Below, in pieces: positions 1 to 12,517 of a stretch of DNA of 64,000 nt. The stretch comes from Mobula hypostoma. Its lineage: Eukaryota. A program made the position numbers and the translations under genes. Positions within the stretch are counted from its first letter, which is position 1. Each line of letters starts with the position of its first letter. The notes beneath the pieces are model-generated. The model saw only the letters and a list, made by a program, of their open reading frames with translations, ran no database searches and was not told the DNA's origin. The stretch spans positions 141,298,001-141,362,000 of the forward strand of contig NC_086097.1 of the NCBI RefSeq assembly GCF_963921235.1, read 5' to 3'.

Positions 1-119
1 GTCGCCAGTCAGACTCCTTTATTCCGTAGAAAACAGTCTCAACATATCCGATCTCTATCACTAAAACCCACCAATATCAAAAACATACTTGTGAAACTTT
101 TCTGCGTCCTCTCCAATTC

Positions 120-1330
120 AATCACACACAACTAATTAAGCAATAAATACTGAGGAAATGAGGTGAGTATCTTTGACAGTGAGCCCATATGTTGTGGGAA
201 CATTTCAGTGATGGGTCAAGTGAAGTTACACAATTTGGTTGAAGAGCCTGACTGTGGAGGGGTAATACCTGTTGCTGAACCTGGTGGTGTAGTTCTGAGG
301 CTCCTGCCCGTACTTCCTGATGGGAGCAGTGAGAGGAGAGCATGATCTGCAATGTGGGGGAGGGGTGGGGTGGGTGGTGTTTCTGATGACGGATGTTGCT
401 TTCCTTAAAACATCACTTCTTAAAACATTTCCTCACTGTGGATGTAAGTGATACTGGACTTTAGTCATTAAGGCAGGTTACCCTGTTCCTCTGAGGCACC
501 AGAATCAGAGAAGTCTGATTGAAGCAGATGGGTACATCAGCCAAAGAGACAGGTTAAAGGTCAGTGAACAGTCCAGCCAGTTGATTAACACTGGTCTTCA
601 GTACTTGGTCAGGTATCCTGTCTGGGCTGGATGATCTTCATGGGTTCATCTTGCAGAAGGCTGCCCGTACATCAGCCTCAGAGACTAAAATCACTCGATG
701 GTCAGGCGCTGTGAGTGTTTGTGATGGTTCCTCCATGTTTTGATATTCGAAACAAGCATAGAAGGCATTGCGTTCATCTAGAAGTGAGCCCTGTTGTCAC
801 CTTTGTCACTTGATTTTACTTCATAGGAAGTGATTGCATTCAAGCCATGCCACAACTATTGACGATCCTTTGTTGATTCAGGTTTCGTCTGGCAAATAAG
901 GAGGCTTTGCCCATAAGGAGCTTTCCAGAGAATGTACCAGGACCTCTTGTAACTTTATTGGTCACCAGACTTGAATGCCTCTGATCTGACCCTCAGCAAA
1001 TAGCTGATTTCATGGTTCATACAAGACATCTGACGGGTGAAGACTCTGAATGAGTTTGTGGGGAGACACTCGTCTACAACTGTTTTTCTAATGTCCATCA
1101 TGTAGGTGGCCAGTGAACCTACATGGTGTAGGTGTATTTATTCAGATCCATAGATCTGTCCTTGAAAACGGCCCAGACCTCTAGAAGGATTTCCATATAG
1201 CAATAAACACTCATATGCCTCCCTCGACCAACTCGTTGTTGTCCTTATCTCTGAAGATTATATCCAGTTCCTTGATTTGCCTCCCTCCTAGCTTGACCTA
1301 TCCCTCATACGGATATTGGCTTTCAGTGAG
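120..1330 (-). mobile_element. Rex1/Babar-like LINE relic, internally deleted
   Basis: Homologous to 57830-59750; minus strand reads PVSLTSTVRKCF; the RT core is missing. Confidence 0.65.
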
Positions 1331-1479
1331 CCCTCTGAACATACACACCTTGCCTCTGCCATCAATTGAAAGAAAGCTACTATTAAACGAGATAGGATGA
1401 CATCATATTTTCAATATTCATTCCCTTCAGCAACAGATATTCCCTTGGATACTACAGTGGAGGATGGGGGAAGAATGAC

Positions 1480-2050
1480 CTGTCAGTGCACAGCAGCAGC
1501 GGCCAGCCCAGTGGCAGTATGGCCGGCTCTGTGGCTCAGCAGGGAAGGGTAAAATCAGGTAGAGAGATAGTAATAGGAGACTCAGTAATTAGAGATTGGA
1601 CAAGAGATTTGGTGGCAGTTGCAAAGACGCGGAATAGTGTTCTGCCTCCCAAGTGCTATGTTTAACGAGGTCTCAGAGCAGCTGCAAAAGAGGTTGGGTA
1701 ACCAGAAAAAGGCCGAGGGGTACATTGACACTGATGAAATAGGTAAAAACAGGGAAGAGATTTTGCACAGTTAGCATAAGGAGTGCTGGAAGAGGCCACA
1801 GAGCATGTGTAATCTCTGGATTACTCCCAGTTCTGCGTGGTAATTAAGGCAGAAGTAGGATGAATGAGTGGCTGACGATCTGGTGTAGTGGCAGGGTTTC
1901 AGATTTTTGGATCATTGGGATCTTATCTAGGGAAGATGTGTCTTGTACAAAAAGGATCGGTTAAACCTGAACCCAATGGGGGTTAATATCTTTGCGAGTA
2001 GGTTTGCTAGAGCTGTTGGAGAAGGTTTAAACTAAGTTAGCAGGGGATTG
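1480..2050 (+). mobile_element. CR1 ORF1 (SGNH esterase-like) relic
   Basis: Degenerate IVIGDS motif and downstream similarity; the homolog at 22370-22830 reads MLCCFPGARVKEVSEQLQ...IDTNDIG. Confidence 0.6.
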
Positions 2051-2149
2051 GGAAAGGAGTATTGGGGCTGAGGATGCAGCGTGTAGCGAGACTGTGAGGA
2101 AGGATAGGCAGATGATGCTAAGGCCGATGCTCTCTCCTGTCAGTTTGAT

Positions 2150-2643
2150 GTCTCTGAGGTCAACGCCAATCTAGATCACATCTTTCCTCGCACAAGCATA
2201 GCTGTTCCAGTGATTTGGGGAATATAAACAGGTGAGGACTGCCCAACAGTCAGATCCAGGCCCAGATGGAGAAGTTCCTAACCAGCTGTTTGTCCCTGCC
2301 TCTGTGTGTTCCTAAATGTTGGTCTGGGGTCACTCTTCCCATCTGGTTGGCCATCCAGGGATTCAACAGACCCTGGAATTCATAAAGAGATGATTTACAT
2401 GGCAGTCTATGTCCCAGGATGTCCAGGACTTTGTCTCTGCCTATCTCATTTGTGCCCAGAACAAGCCGTCACATCAGCACCTAGGAACTGGGAGAGGCAG
2501 GGCCCAGAGAATCTTTCTTGGGTTCCAATTCGTGACATCCTGGACAAGTTTCTCATCCAGTAACTCCAGAGGGCACAGGTCTCTAGTGCCCCCGGAGCTG
2601 TGCCTCGTGGCGGGGTGGGGGTGGGGTGCTGAGGGTGATGATC
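2150..2643 (+). mobile_element. Gypsy (chromodomain-type) pol relic: integrase Zn-finger fused directly to chromodomain
   Basis: GHSSHLVGHPG...QDVQDFVSAYLICAQNK is followed at once by WERQGPENLSWVPIRDILD; the integrase core is deleted near 2474. Confidence 0.75.
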
Positions 2644-3468
2644 TGTAAAAACCATGGACTCTGCTGGGGGGTGGGCAGCTGAAAGCGGTCATCAGCAATC
2701 ACGCTCGTGAGAATGCACATTGCAGACAATTCGGGTTGCATTGTAGTTTTATTTAACTCCCTTCAGTCTTGTCGAGTCTTGACTGAAGCACAGCGACGGC
2801 GACACTCCCCTGCTTACCTTAGCCCACTTTCCAAGATAGAAGACTCCAATTTAGATTGACGCCTTAAAGGAGTGGTACTAACTTACTATTAAGTTACAGC
2901 TTCTGAAGCTCAGTGTCAGCGTTAGATTTTTAGTTTGAATGTTAGTTTGTAGCCCTATTGGCTTCGCATTTATTATTTTCCTTTTATTTTGTACCGTGCT
3001 TATTATATTTCAGTTTACCCAGGGGTCAGTGTTGGGACTTCTGTCATTAATTATTCTGTAAATGATTTGGATGCGAATATATACAGCACGATGTTCACTA
3101 TACCCTCAGTCTTGGTATCATCTGCAAATTTGCTGATACAGTTTAACGTAGTGTCATTTAAATCATTTATATAAGTGACCAACAACAATCGATTAAGCAC
3201 CGACTCCTGCAGCACAGCACTAGTCACAGGCCTCGAGGCAGAGAGTCAAACACTAACCACCACTCTCTGGCTTTTTCCGGTAAACCAACATTCAATCTAA
3301 CTGACTACTTCATCTGAATACCAGGCGACTTAATCTTCTTGACGAGTCTGCCATGTCGTAATTTATCAAAGGCTTTTCTAAAGCCCACTGTGTTCCCTTC
3401 AACATACTTCTTGGTAACCTCCTTTAAAAAATCTCTATAAGTTAGACGGGACTTACAAAGCATTAAGC

Positions 3469-4170
3469 CAGTGGTCACCAACCACCTTCCGGGGACCGCT
3501 TCCGGGCCGCAAAGCATATGCTACCGGGCCGTGAGGAAACGATGTGAGTCAGCTGCACCTTTCCTCATTCCCTGTTACGCACTGTTGAACTTGAACATAG
3601 GGTTGCCAACAGTCCCGCATTTGCCGGGAAATCCCGTATATTGGGCTAAATCGGTTTCTCCCACAGGGGATCGCCCTTGTCCCGTATTTCTCCCGCAAAG
3701 ATAAAGCGTTCCTTCGAAACGTTCGTGCCGAAATGGCGTGATGCGAAGAAGCAACTATTATTCATTTATAAGGGAAAAATTAATGAGCGTTCCCAGACAC
3801 AAAAAATAACCTACCAAATCAGACCAAATAACACATAAAACCTAAAATAACACTAACATACAGTAAAAGCAGGAATGATATGATAAATACACAGCCTGTA
3901 TAAAGTAGAAATAATGTATGTACAGTACAGTCGGGAAAATGAAGGCGAAACTGATTTGCGGAGAAATAAATCCGCACGTACGCGCATGCTTACCTCGCAT
4001 AAGCGCAGGCGCACAGAGGAGCCCGCGCACGGCTTCGTGGTCATGGTAGTCTTTATTTATTGGCGGAAACCCAAGTGTCCCGGATTTGACTGCTACTTTT
4101 GTCCCTTATTTGGGAGTCAGAAAGTTGGCAACCCTAACTGTAAAAGACATGTTGAGGTCAGTTTAACCCT
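3469..4170. mobile_element. hAT-like non-autonomous DNA transposon (composite, truncated)
   Basis: Starts CAGTGGTCACCAAC; contains the inverted pair TAGGGTTGCCAAC (3598) and GTTGGCAACCCTA (ending 4136); absent from the other cassettes. Confidence 0.65.
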
Positions 4171-5451
4171 TAATTTTCTCAAAACTAAGACATAATATCA
4201 CCTGAGAGAACCATTGTATCAAAGTGGGAGCAGAGGCATCTTTGCATTATACAATTACATGTTGGTCTGATATAGAAAATACCGTGAATATATTGAGGAA
4301 TTCTACCGAACTAGACTGTCAATTTATAAGTCACATGGTAAACTGCACAGTCTTCCTCATTTTTTACCTCACTACAATGGATAGCTTCGTGCGATCTCCA
4401 TCTTGGAGGTCCTGTCTTTTAACTTCGTACCTTATTCCCTAAACTCATTTTGCAAGTCCTCGTCACTTTTCCTGCTCATATCATTGGTATAAATATGTAC
4501 CATAAGTTATGGCTTCTCACACTCTCACTTAAGATGGCTATGGACTCAATTCAAGATAAGTCTGATCCTCTATACCTGCGAGGCAATATACCATCCAGAG
4601 AGTATTTTTCCTTTCTCAGGTCCTCCTGTCCGTTTCACTGACCGGTGCTAGCCAATGACCTCCATCACTCCTACTGGCCTCTTCTTCCTCCCCTCCCCCC
4701 GCCCTAAATTGCATTCTGAACCAAAGAGACATGCTGTGTGCCGAGACCACTGATCATCTCCCTAAAACTATATATAATGATACACTTGTTGAGGACAATG
4801 GCCACAGGGCTATTCTGCACTGTCTGCCAATACCCCTTCCCTCTCTTCATGATCACCCAACTACCTGTTTTCAGCAACACTCTCTCTCTGTAACTCCTAT
4901 GAACCCCTCATTTTTCTGAATGATTTGAAGGTCATCTACCACCAGCTCCAATTCCCTAATACGGTTTGTAAATCTGGATGCACTTATCACAGGTACAGAC
5001 ATCTCCCTAACTTCCACGTCACGCAAGAGAAGCACATCACTGCTCTAGCTTCTATTCCCACTGGTCTCTCTGTATAACAATAAAGAAAGAAGTTAGAAGA
5101 ACTTAAACTTGTAGAAGTTTATGAAATCATGAGGGGTGTAGACGGTTCATAGCCATTTCCCCAGGACTGGAGAGACAAAAACTAGAGGACACTGAGACAA
5201 GATAACAGGGAAGAGATTTAAAAGAGAACCAAAAGATAATTTCCGTATGCAAGGGATAGTGAGCTGCCTGAGGGAGTGGTTGAGATGGTGCATTTGTAAT
5301 ATTTAAGATGTATTTGCATAGGTAAATGGCAGAAAAGAGCTTTAAGGACTATGAGACTAATGCAGCAGCTGGAACAAGCAGGAAGGATGCTGTGGTCAGC
5401 ATGGACGATTGGGGGCGAAGGGCCTCTATCCGGGCTCTGTTACTCAAAGGT

Positions 5452-8035
5452 TAGAAACATAGAAAAAAAAATAGGTGCAGGAGTAGGCCATTCGGCCCTT
5501 CGAGCCTGCACCGCCATTTATTATGATCATGGCTGATCATCCAACTCAGAACCCAGCCTTCCCTCCATACCCCCTGACCCCTGTAGCCACAAGGGCCATA
5601 TCTAACTTCCTTTTAAACATAGCTAATGAACTGGCCTCAACAGTTTGCTGTGGCAGAGAATTCCACAGATTCACCACTCTCTGTGTGAAGAAGTTTTTCC
5701 TAACCTCGGTCCTAAAAGGCTTCCCCTCTATCCTCAAACTGTGACCCCTCGTTCTAGACCTCCCCAACATCGGGAACAATCTTCCCGCATCTAGCCTGTC
5801 CAATCCCTTTAGGATCTTATACGTTTCAATCAGATCCCCCCTCAATCTTCTAAATTCCAACGAGTACAAGCCCAGTTCATCCAGTCTTTCTTCATATGAA
5901 AGACCTGCCATCCCAGGATTCAATCTGGTGAACCTTCTTTGTACTCCCTCTATGGCAAAGATGTCTTTCCTCAGATTAGGGGACCAAAACTGCACACAAT
6001 ACTCCAGGTGTGGTCTCACCAAGGCCTTGTACAACTGCAGTAGTACCTCCCTGCTCCTGTACTCGAATCCTCTCGCTATAAATGCCAGCATACCGTTCGC
6101 CTTTTTCACCGCCTGCTGTACCTGCATGCCCACTTTCAATGACTGGTGTATAATGACACCCAGGTCTCGTTGCACCTCCCCTTTTCCTAATTGGCCACCA
6201 TTCAGATAATAATCTGTTTCCCTATTTTTGCCACCAAAGTGGATAACTTCACATTTATCCACATTAAATTGCATCTGCTATGAGTTTGCCCACTCACCCA
6301 ACCTATCCAAGTCACCCTGCATCCTCTTAGCATCCTCCTCACTGCTAACACTGCCACCCAGCTTCGTGTCATCTGCAAACTTGGAGATGCTGCATTTAAT
6401 TCCCTCATCCAAGTCATTAATATATATTGTAAACAACTGGGGTCCCAGCACTGAGCCTTGCGGTACCCCACTAGTCACCGCCTGCCATTCTGAAAAGGTC
6501 CCGTTTATTCCCACTCTTTCCTTCCTGTCTGCTAACCAATTCTCCACCCACACCAGTACCTTACCCCCAATACCGTGTGCTTTAAGTTTGCACACTAATC
6601 TCCTATGTGGGACCTTGTCAAAAGCCTTTTGAAAATCCAAATATACCACATCCACTGGTTCTCCCCTATCCACTCTACTAGTTACATCCTCAAAAAATTC
6701 TATGAGATTCGTCAGACATGATTTTCCTTTCACAAATCCATGCTGACTTTGTCCGATCATTTCACCGCTTTCCAAATGTGCTGTTATCACATCCTTGATA
6801 ACTGACTCCAGCAGTTTCCCCACCACCGACGTTAGGCTAACCGGCCTATAATTCCCCGGTTTCTCTCTCCCTCCTTTTTTAAAAAGTGGGGTTACATTAG
6901 CCACCCTCCAATCCTCAGGAACTAGTCCAGAATCTAACGAGTTTTGAAAAATTATCACTAATGCATCCACTATTTCTTGGGCCACTTCCTTAAGCACTCT
7001 GGGATGCAGACCATCTGGCCCTGGGGATTATCTGCCTTCAATCCCTTCAAGTTACCTAACACCACTTCCCTACTAACATGTATTTCGCTCAGTTCCTCCA
7101 TCTCACTGGACCCTCTGTCCCTTACTATTTCTGGAAGATTATTTATGTCCTCCTTAGTGAAGACAGAACCAAAGTAATTATTCAATTGGTCTGCCATGTC
7201 CTTGCTCCCCATAATCAATTCACCTGTTTCTGTTTGCAGGGGACCTACATTTGTCTTTATCAGTCTTTTCCTTTTTACATATCTATAAAAGCTTTTACAG
7301 TCCGTTTTTATGTTCTCTGCCAGTTTTCTCTCATAATCTTTTTTCCCCTTCCTAATTAAGCCCTTTGTCCTCCTCTGCTGAACTCTGAATTTCTCCCAGT
7401 CCTCAGGTGAGCCACTTTCTCTGGCTAATTTGTATGCTACTTCTTTGGAATTGATACTATCCCTAATTTCTCTTGTCAGCCCCGGGTGCACTACCTTCCT
7501 TGATTTATTCTTTTGCCAAACTGGGATGAACAATTGTTGTAGTTCATCCATGCAACCTTTAAATGCCTGCCATTGCATATCCACCGTCAATCCTTGAAGT
7601 GTCATTTGCCAGTCTATCTTAGCTAATTCATGTCTCATACCTTCAAAGTTACCCCTCTTTAAGTTCAGAACCTTTGTTTCTGAATTAACTACGTCACTCT
7701 CCATGTTAATGAAGAATTCCACCATATTATGGTCACTCTTACCCAAGGGGCCTCTCACGACAAGATCGCTAATTAACCCTTCCTCATTGCTCAAAACCCA
7801 GTCCAGAATAGCCTGCTCTCTAGTCGGTTCCTCGACATGTTGGTTCAAAAAACCATCCCGATATACATTCCAAGAAATCCTCTTCCTCAGCACCTTTACC
7901 AATTTGGTTCACCCAGTCTACATGTAGATTGAAGTCACCCATTATAACTGCTGTTCCTTTATTGCACACATTTCTAATTTCCTGTTTAATACCATCTCCG
8001 ACCTCACTACTACTGTTAGGTGGCCTGTACACAAC
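5452..8035 (-). mobile_element. Young 5'-truncated CR1 LINE (partial APE endonuclease plus RT)
   Basis: ORFs 7820-8032, 6970-7902, 6278-6997 and 5546-6274 carry [45 protein letters not shown] and VQFWSP. Two frameshifts and one TGG>TAG stop. 3' tail (TTTCTATG)-type. Confidence 0.92.
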
Positions 8036-8139
8036 ATGAAGTAAAATACATAACTATGAAGTAAAAACAAAAAATGCTTAAAATACTCATATAGACAGAT
8101 GGCATCTGTGTAAAGAGAAACAGGGTTAAAGGAAGTCAA

Positions 8140-9200
8140 GGATAGCATAAAAGCAAAAGGTAGAGCAGGAAGTCTGCGAAAGGACTCAGACAGATTAGGA
8201 GAATGGACAAAAATGTGGCAGATGGAACACAGTGTAGGGAAGTGTATGGCCATGCACTTTCGTAGAAGGAATAAAGGCACAGAATATTCTCTGAAGAGAG
8301 GGAGAAAGTAGAAACCGAATGTGCAAGAAGAATTGAGAGTGCTAGTGCAGGATTCCCGAAAAGCTAACTTGCTGTTTGAGTCAGTAGTGGAGAGGGCAAA
8401 TGCAATGACCGCAATCTTTTCGAGGGGTGTAGAATATAATCAGAATAGAATGGGAATCAGGTTTAATATCACTGTCATGGGTCGTGGAACTTGTTATTTA
8501 GCAGCTGCAGTACAGTGCAATATATAATAAAAACTATAAATTACAATAAGATATATATTAAATTTAATTAGTAGAGAAAAAGAGAGCAAAACAAAAACAG
8601 TGAGGTAGTACATGTGGATTCATTGTGCATTCAGAAATCTAATAAATAAAAATCGTAATGTTGAGTCTTTATAAGGGATCGGTAGACTATATATGGAGTA
8701 TTTTCAGTGATTTTGGCTCCATATCGGAGAAGGAATGTCCTGGCATTAGAGAGGGTCCAGAGGAGGTTTAAGAGAATGGTTCCAGGAATGAAAGGGTTAC
8801 CACATAAGGAACGTTTGATGTTACCAGGACTGTTCTCGCTGGAGCCTAGAAGACTAAGGGATATCTCTTTGAAACCTACTGAATATGTAAAGGCCTGGAC
8901 GATGAGAGGATTTTCCAGTAGTGGGGGAGTCCAGGACCAAAGGGCACAGACACATAATAGAACAGCATTTCAGAACAGAGACAGGAGGAATTTCTGAGAA
9001 TCTGTGAAATTCATTGCCACAAACGGCTATGGAGGCCAAGTTATTGGGTTTATTGAAGCCGAGACTAGTCATGGTGTCAAAGGGTATTCGGAGAAGAGAT
9101 CGAAATAGGTGTGAAAGGGAAAAGGAAACAGATATGATTAAATGGCCGAGCTGACTCGATGGATCGAATGGCCTAATCCTGCTCCTGTGTCTTATCGTCT
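8140..9200 (+). mobile_element. Old CR1 3' half, interrupted by a short repeat at about 8440-8640
   Basis: Degenerate LGEW..WQM..SVGKC, LALERVQRRF.RM.PGMKGL and GLFSLE.RRLR motifs; homolog at about 30780-31870. Confidence 0.75.
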
Positions 9201-9422
9201 TACGGCTGGGAGAGCGACTGCAGTCGGAGCATGTACACAGGAAGTTTCTGAATCGATTAACCTAACCAGTCCTAAAGGAGTTATGGGAAGGAGAAGAGGT
9301 TAACGAATGAGTTGATTTAAGGAGAAGGTTTGCAACTAGGACCTGGTGAGTTATGGCACTTGGACGTTTACAGCGACAGGAAAGAGGGCCCTGATCATTC
9401 AATAAAGGACGTACACTGCCCA

Positions 9423-9559
9423 GGCACCGCGGTAGCGTAGCGATTAGCGCCACGCTATTACAGCACCGGGTTGTAAATTGTTCCGTGATTGAGTTAGGGT
9501 TAATACAGTTTGTTTAGGGTGATTGGGCCTACTTCGTGCTGTATCGCTAAGTAAACAAA
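9423..9559 (+). mobile_element. tRNA-derived SINE, internally deleted (also 32101-32237 and 55430-55566)
   Basis: Head GGCACCGCGGTAGCGTAGCGATTAGC, CR1-like tail GGCCTACTTCGTGCTGTATC, A-rich end. Confidence 0.6.
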
Positions 9560-10064
9560 TTAGATATCGTCCTTTCAAATTTCACAGCGGAAGCCAACGT
9601 AAACTAATATTTACTGACAGGTTCTGCCCAGTTGGAATAATTAAAACCACATTAATAGGGAAAGATGAAGAGATTCACAGACATGGTGCTGATGGCATTC
9701 GGTTCATCAAACATCCCACCCAACGGAACGTACACGGAATACGGTCGCGGCGACAGGGGCAATAGTCGACGTTTCGTGCCGAAACCATTTTTCAGGACTG
9801 GAAAGGAAGGGGAGAAGTCAGCGTGAGAAGTCCTTCAGCATCTGCAAAATTTTTCCTGTTTGCGGGTTAGTAGGTTAATTGATCACATTGATGGAATTGG
9901 ATGGCCCGTCCTGTTGGCCCCAAAAGGCCTGTTATCGTGACGGATTACTTCATGTTAAGCATGAGGAAGTTCGAACCACACCCCCCCCCCCCCCGCCAAA
10001 TCGTCTAATAAACTGCTATGCAGTTCTAACAAAATCTCATTTTTTGCAAATAGTGTCGTTTTCA

Positions 10065-10190
10065 AATGGGGTTGGAAGGCGTGGTCTGTGACACGTTCAG
10101 AGAAAGTGGGACGTGAAGCGTGCTGTTATTTATAACTAGCCAGGCCACGTCTAAATCCGTGTCGAATACAGTCACAACTCGACAAACACC
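10065..10190 (+). promoter_or_regulatory. Putative V1 proximal promoter (homologous blocks precede all five V genes)
   Basis: Non-repeat block nearly invariant in V1, V2 and V3. TATA-like TTTATAA at 10129-10135, about 56 nt before the ATG (also 21429 and 33458). CRE-like GGACGTGA and TGACACGT motifs. Confidence 0.6.
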
Positions 10191-10614
10191 ATGCGGCTGG
10201 GTTCCGTAGCTTTTGTGATACTTTTCCTCCGTTAGTTGATTGATTTTCATCCGTTTACTCTCTGTTTGTTTCAGACTTTGAAACACGTTATAACTTTGAT
10301 TTCTGTTTCTACAGGCAGATGTCTCGGTGCTGAATTGATACAGTCTCCGATGTCCATCACCAGAAATGTGGGCAATCGTGCCCGCATGAGCTGCGATCTG
10401 GGCACAGTGAACAAGGACTATATCCACTGGTACCGGCAGCCAGATGGCCAACGCCCAGTCAGGATCCTCTATTTCAATAATGGAGGCACCAGACGCGACG
10501 ATGGAATTGATAACAGATTTTCAGCGAACAATGCTGGACAAAAGCTGTATTTTCTAACTGTGACCCGTCTCGAGAAAGAGGATTCCGGCACTTATTACTG
10601 TGCCTATTGGGACC
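10191..10614 (+). CDS. TRGV: TCR gamma-type V segment V1: leader exon 10191-10230, intron 10231-10314, V exon 10315-10614
   Basis: Spliced product MRLGSVAFVILFLRRCLG-AELIQSPMSITRNVGNRARMSC...IHWYRQ...RILY...EDSGTYYCAYWD. It has Cys23/Trp41/Cys104, a phase-1 GT-AG intron and an adjacent 23-RSS. The YYCAYW end, IHWYRQ/RILY motifs and V-only tandem layout favour TRG over Ig light chain. Confidence 0.88.
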
Positions 10615-10653
10615 CACAGAGTTAAACTGCAACCGGAGCTGCTGACAAAAACT
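10615..10653 (+). other. 23-RSS of V1
   Basis: CACAGAG + 23 nt (ttaaactgcaaccggagctgctg) + ACAAAAACT. Confidence 0.95.
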
Positions 10654-11289
10654 CTTCCACAGCGTAGAGGTCACACCAATCATTTCCGACTCAGCGAATT
10701 CGCAGCTTATGCCATAAATGCCATCACCTTTCTTCGGATAAAGAACTCTATCCAATTCCACGAAAGTTACCCGATCAGCCTCATCAACAGTGTATTCGTT
10801 TACACCCGTTGCTCGAGAACAGTGAATTGGGAGAGTATTTCCACAGGGTACGAGAGCCAAAACTGGAGACAATAGATTTAAAGTGAGAGGGGGAAGTTCT
10901 ATAACCAATCTGTGTGGTGGATTCTTCAGGGAAAGGGCGGTGGACACAGGCAACAAGCTGCCAGTGGAAGCAGAGGCAGGATCCATCGAGAGATTTAAAA
11001 GTCATTTGGGCATCTACATGGATAAGATAGGTTCAGAGATATACCGGTTAATTGCAGGTAAACGGGACTAGTTTACGTGGGAAACTTGCTCGGTAAGGAC
11101 GAGTTAAGCAGAAGGGCCTGATTCTGTGCTGTAGAGCTCAATGGCCCTTAGACTTGTTTTAAATCTCTGCACTGTCGCCAGTCAGACTCCTTTATTCCGT
11201 GAAAAACAGTCCCGACATATCCGATTGCTAAAACTAAATTCCTCCAATCCCAGAAACATACTTGTGAATTTTTTCTGCGTCCTCTCTAG

Positions 11290-12480
11290 TTCAATCACAC
11301 ACAAATAATTAAGCAATAAATACTGAGGAAATGAGGTGAATATCCTTGAAAGTGAGCCCATATGTTCTGGGAACATTTCAGTGGTGGGTCAACTGAAGTT
11401 ATACCATTTGGTTGAAGAGCCTGATTGTGGAGGGGTAATACCTGTTGCTGAACCTGGTGGTGTAGTTCTGAGGCTCCTGTACGTACTTCCTGATGGGAGC
11501 AGTGAGAGGAGAGCATGATCTGCAATGTGGGGGAGGGGTGGGGTGGGTGGTGTTTCTGATGACGGATGTTGCTTTCCTTAAAACATCACTTCTTAAAACA
11601 TTTCCTCACTGTGGATGTAAGTGATACTGGACTTTAGTCATTAAGGCAGGTCACCATGTTCTTCTGAGGCAACAGAATCAGAGAAGTCTGATTGAAGCAG
11701 ATGGGTACATCAGCCAAAGAGACAGGTTAAAGATCAGTGAATAGTCCCACCAGTTGATTAGCACTGGTCTTTAGTACTTGGCCAGGTATCATGTCTGGCC
11801 TAAATGATTTTCATGGGTTCATCTTGCAGAAGGCTGCCCGCACATCAGCCTCAGAGACTAAAATCACTCGATGGTCTGGCACTGTGAGTGTTTGTGATGG
11901 TTCTTCCATGTTTTGAAGCTCAATGCAAGCAAAGAAGGCATTCCGTTCATCTGGAAGTGAGCCCTGTTGTCACCTTTGTCACTTGATTTTACTTTATAAG
12001 AAGTGATACCATTCATGCCCTGCCACAACTATTGACTATCCTTTGGTGATTCAGGTTTAGTCTGGCAAATAAGGTGGCTTTGCCCATAAGGAGGCTTTTC
12101 AGAGAATGTACCAGGACCTTTTGTAAATTTATTGGTCACCAGACTTCAATGCTTCTGATCTGGCCCTCAACAAATTGCTGATTTCATGATTTATACAAGG
12201 CATCTGGCGGGAGAAAACTCTGATTCAGTTTGTGGGGAGACACTCGTCTACAACTGTTTTTCTCAAGTCCATGATGTACGTGCCCATTGAACCTGCATGG
12301 TGTAGGTGTATTTATTCAGATCCATAGATGTGTCCTTAAAAATGGCTCAGACCACTCGAAGGATTCCATATAGCAATAACCACTCATATGCCTCCCTTGA
12401 CCATCTCGTTGTTGTCCTCATCTATGGAGATTATATCCAGTTACTTGATTTGCCTCCCTCATAGCTTGACCTATCCCTCA
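11290..12480 (-). mobile_element. Rex1/Babar-like relic (copies at about 19570-20780, 34620-35810 and 42900-44110)
   Basis: Direct similarity to 120-1330 and 57830-59750. Confidence 0.65.
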
Positions 12481-12517
12481 TATGGACATTGGCTTTCAGT
12501 GAATAATGTGCAAAGGC

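Noticed and set aside
434-440. CACTGTG as a possible J-type RSS heptamer (recurs in each Rex1 relic)
   Set aside because: No GGTTTTTGT-like nonamer at 12 or 23 nt and no FGxG J motif; it is Rex1 coding sequence.
2761-2788. CTTCAGTC...GACTGAAG hairpin as a terminator
   Set aside because: Only an 8-bp stem in a eukaryotic repeat relic, with no U-tract; likely chance or part of the LTR.
3010-3130. Fold-back junction of plus and minus CR1 RT fragments as a functional structure
   Set aside because: The arms overlap little and are highly decayed; an old inversion copied passively with each cassette.
10044-10051. Ig-type octamer (TTGCAAAT) suggesting Ig light chain identity
   Set aside because: It mismatches ATGCAAAT and is not conserved in V2 or V3.
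10236-10314. ORF-track N-terminus MIDFHPFTLCLFQ... of the V ORFs
   Set aside because: It is intron read-through from a TTG; the real start is the leader exon ATG at 10191.
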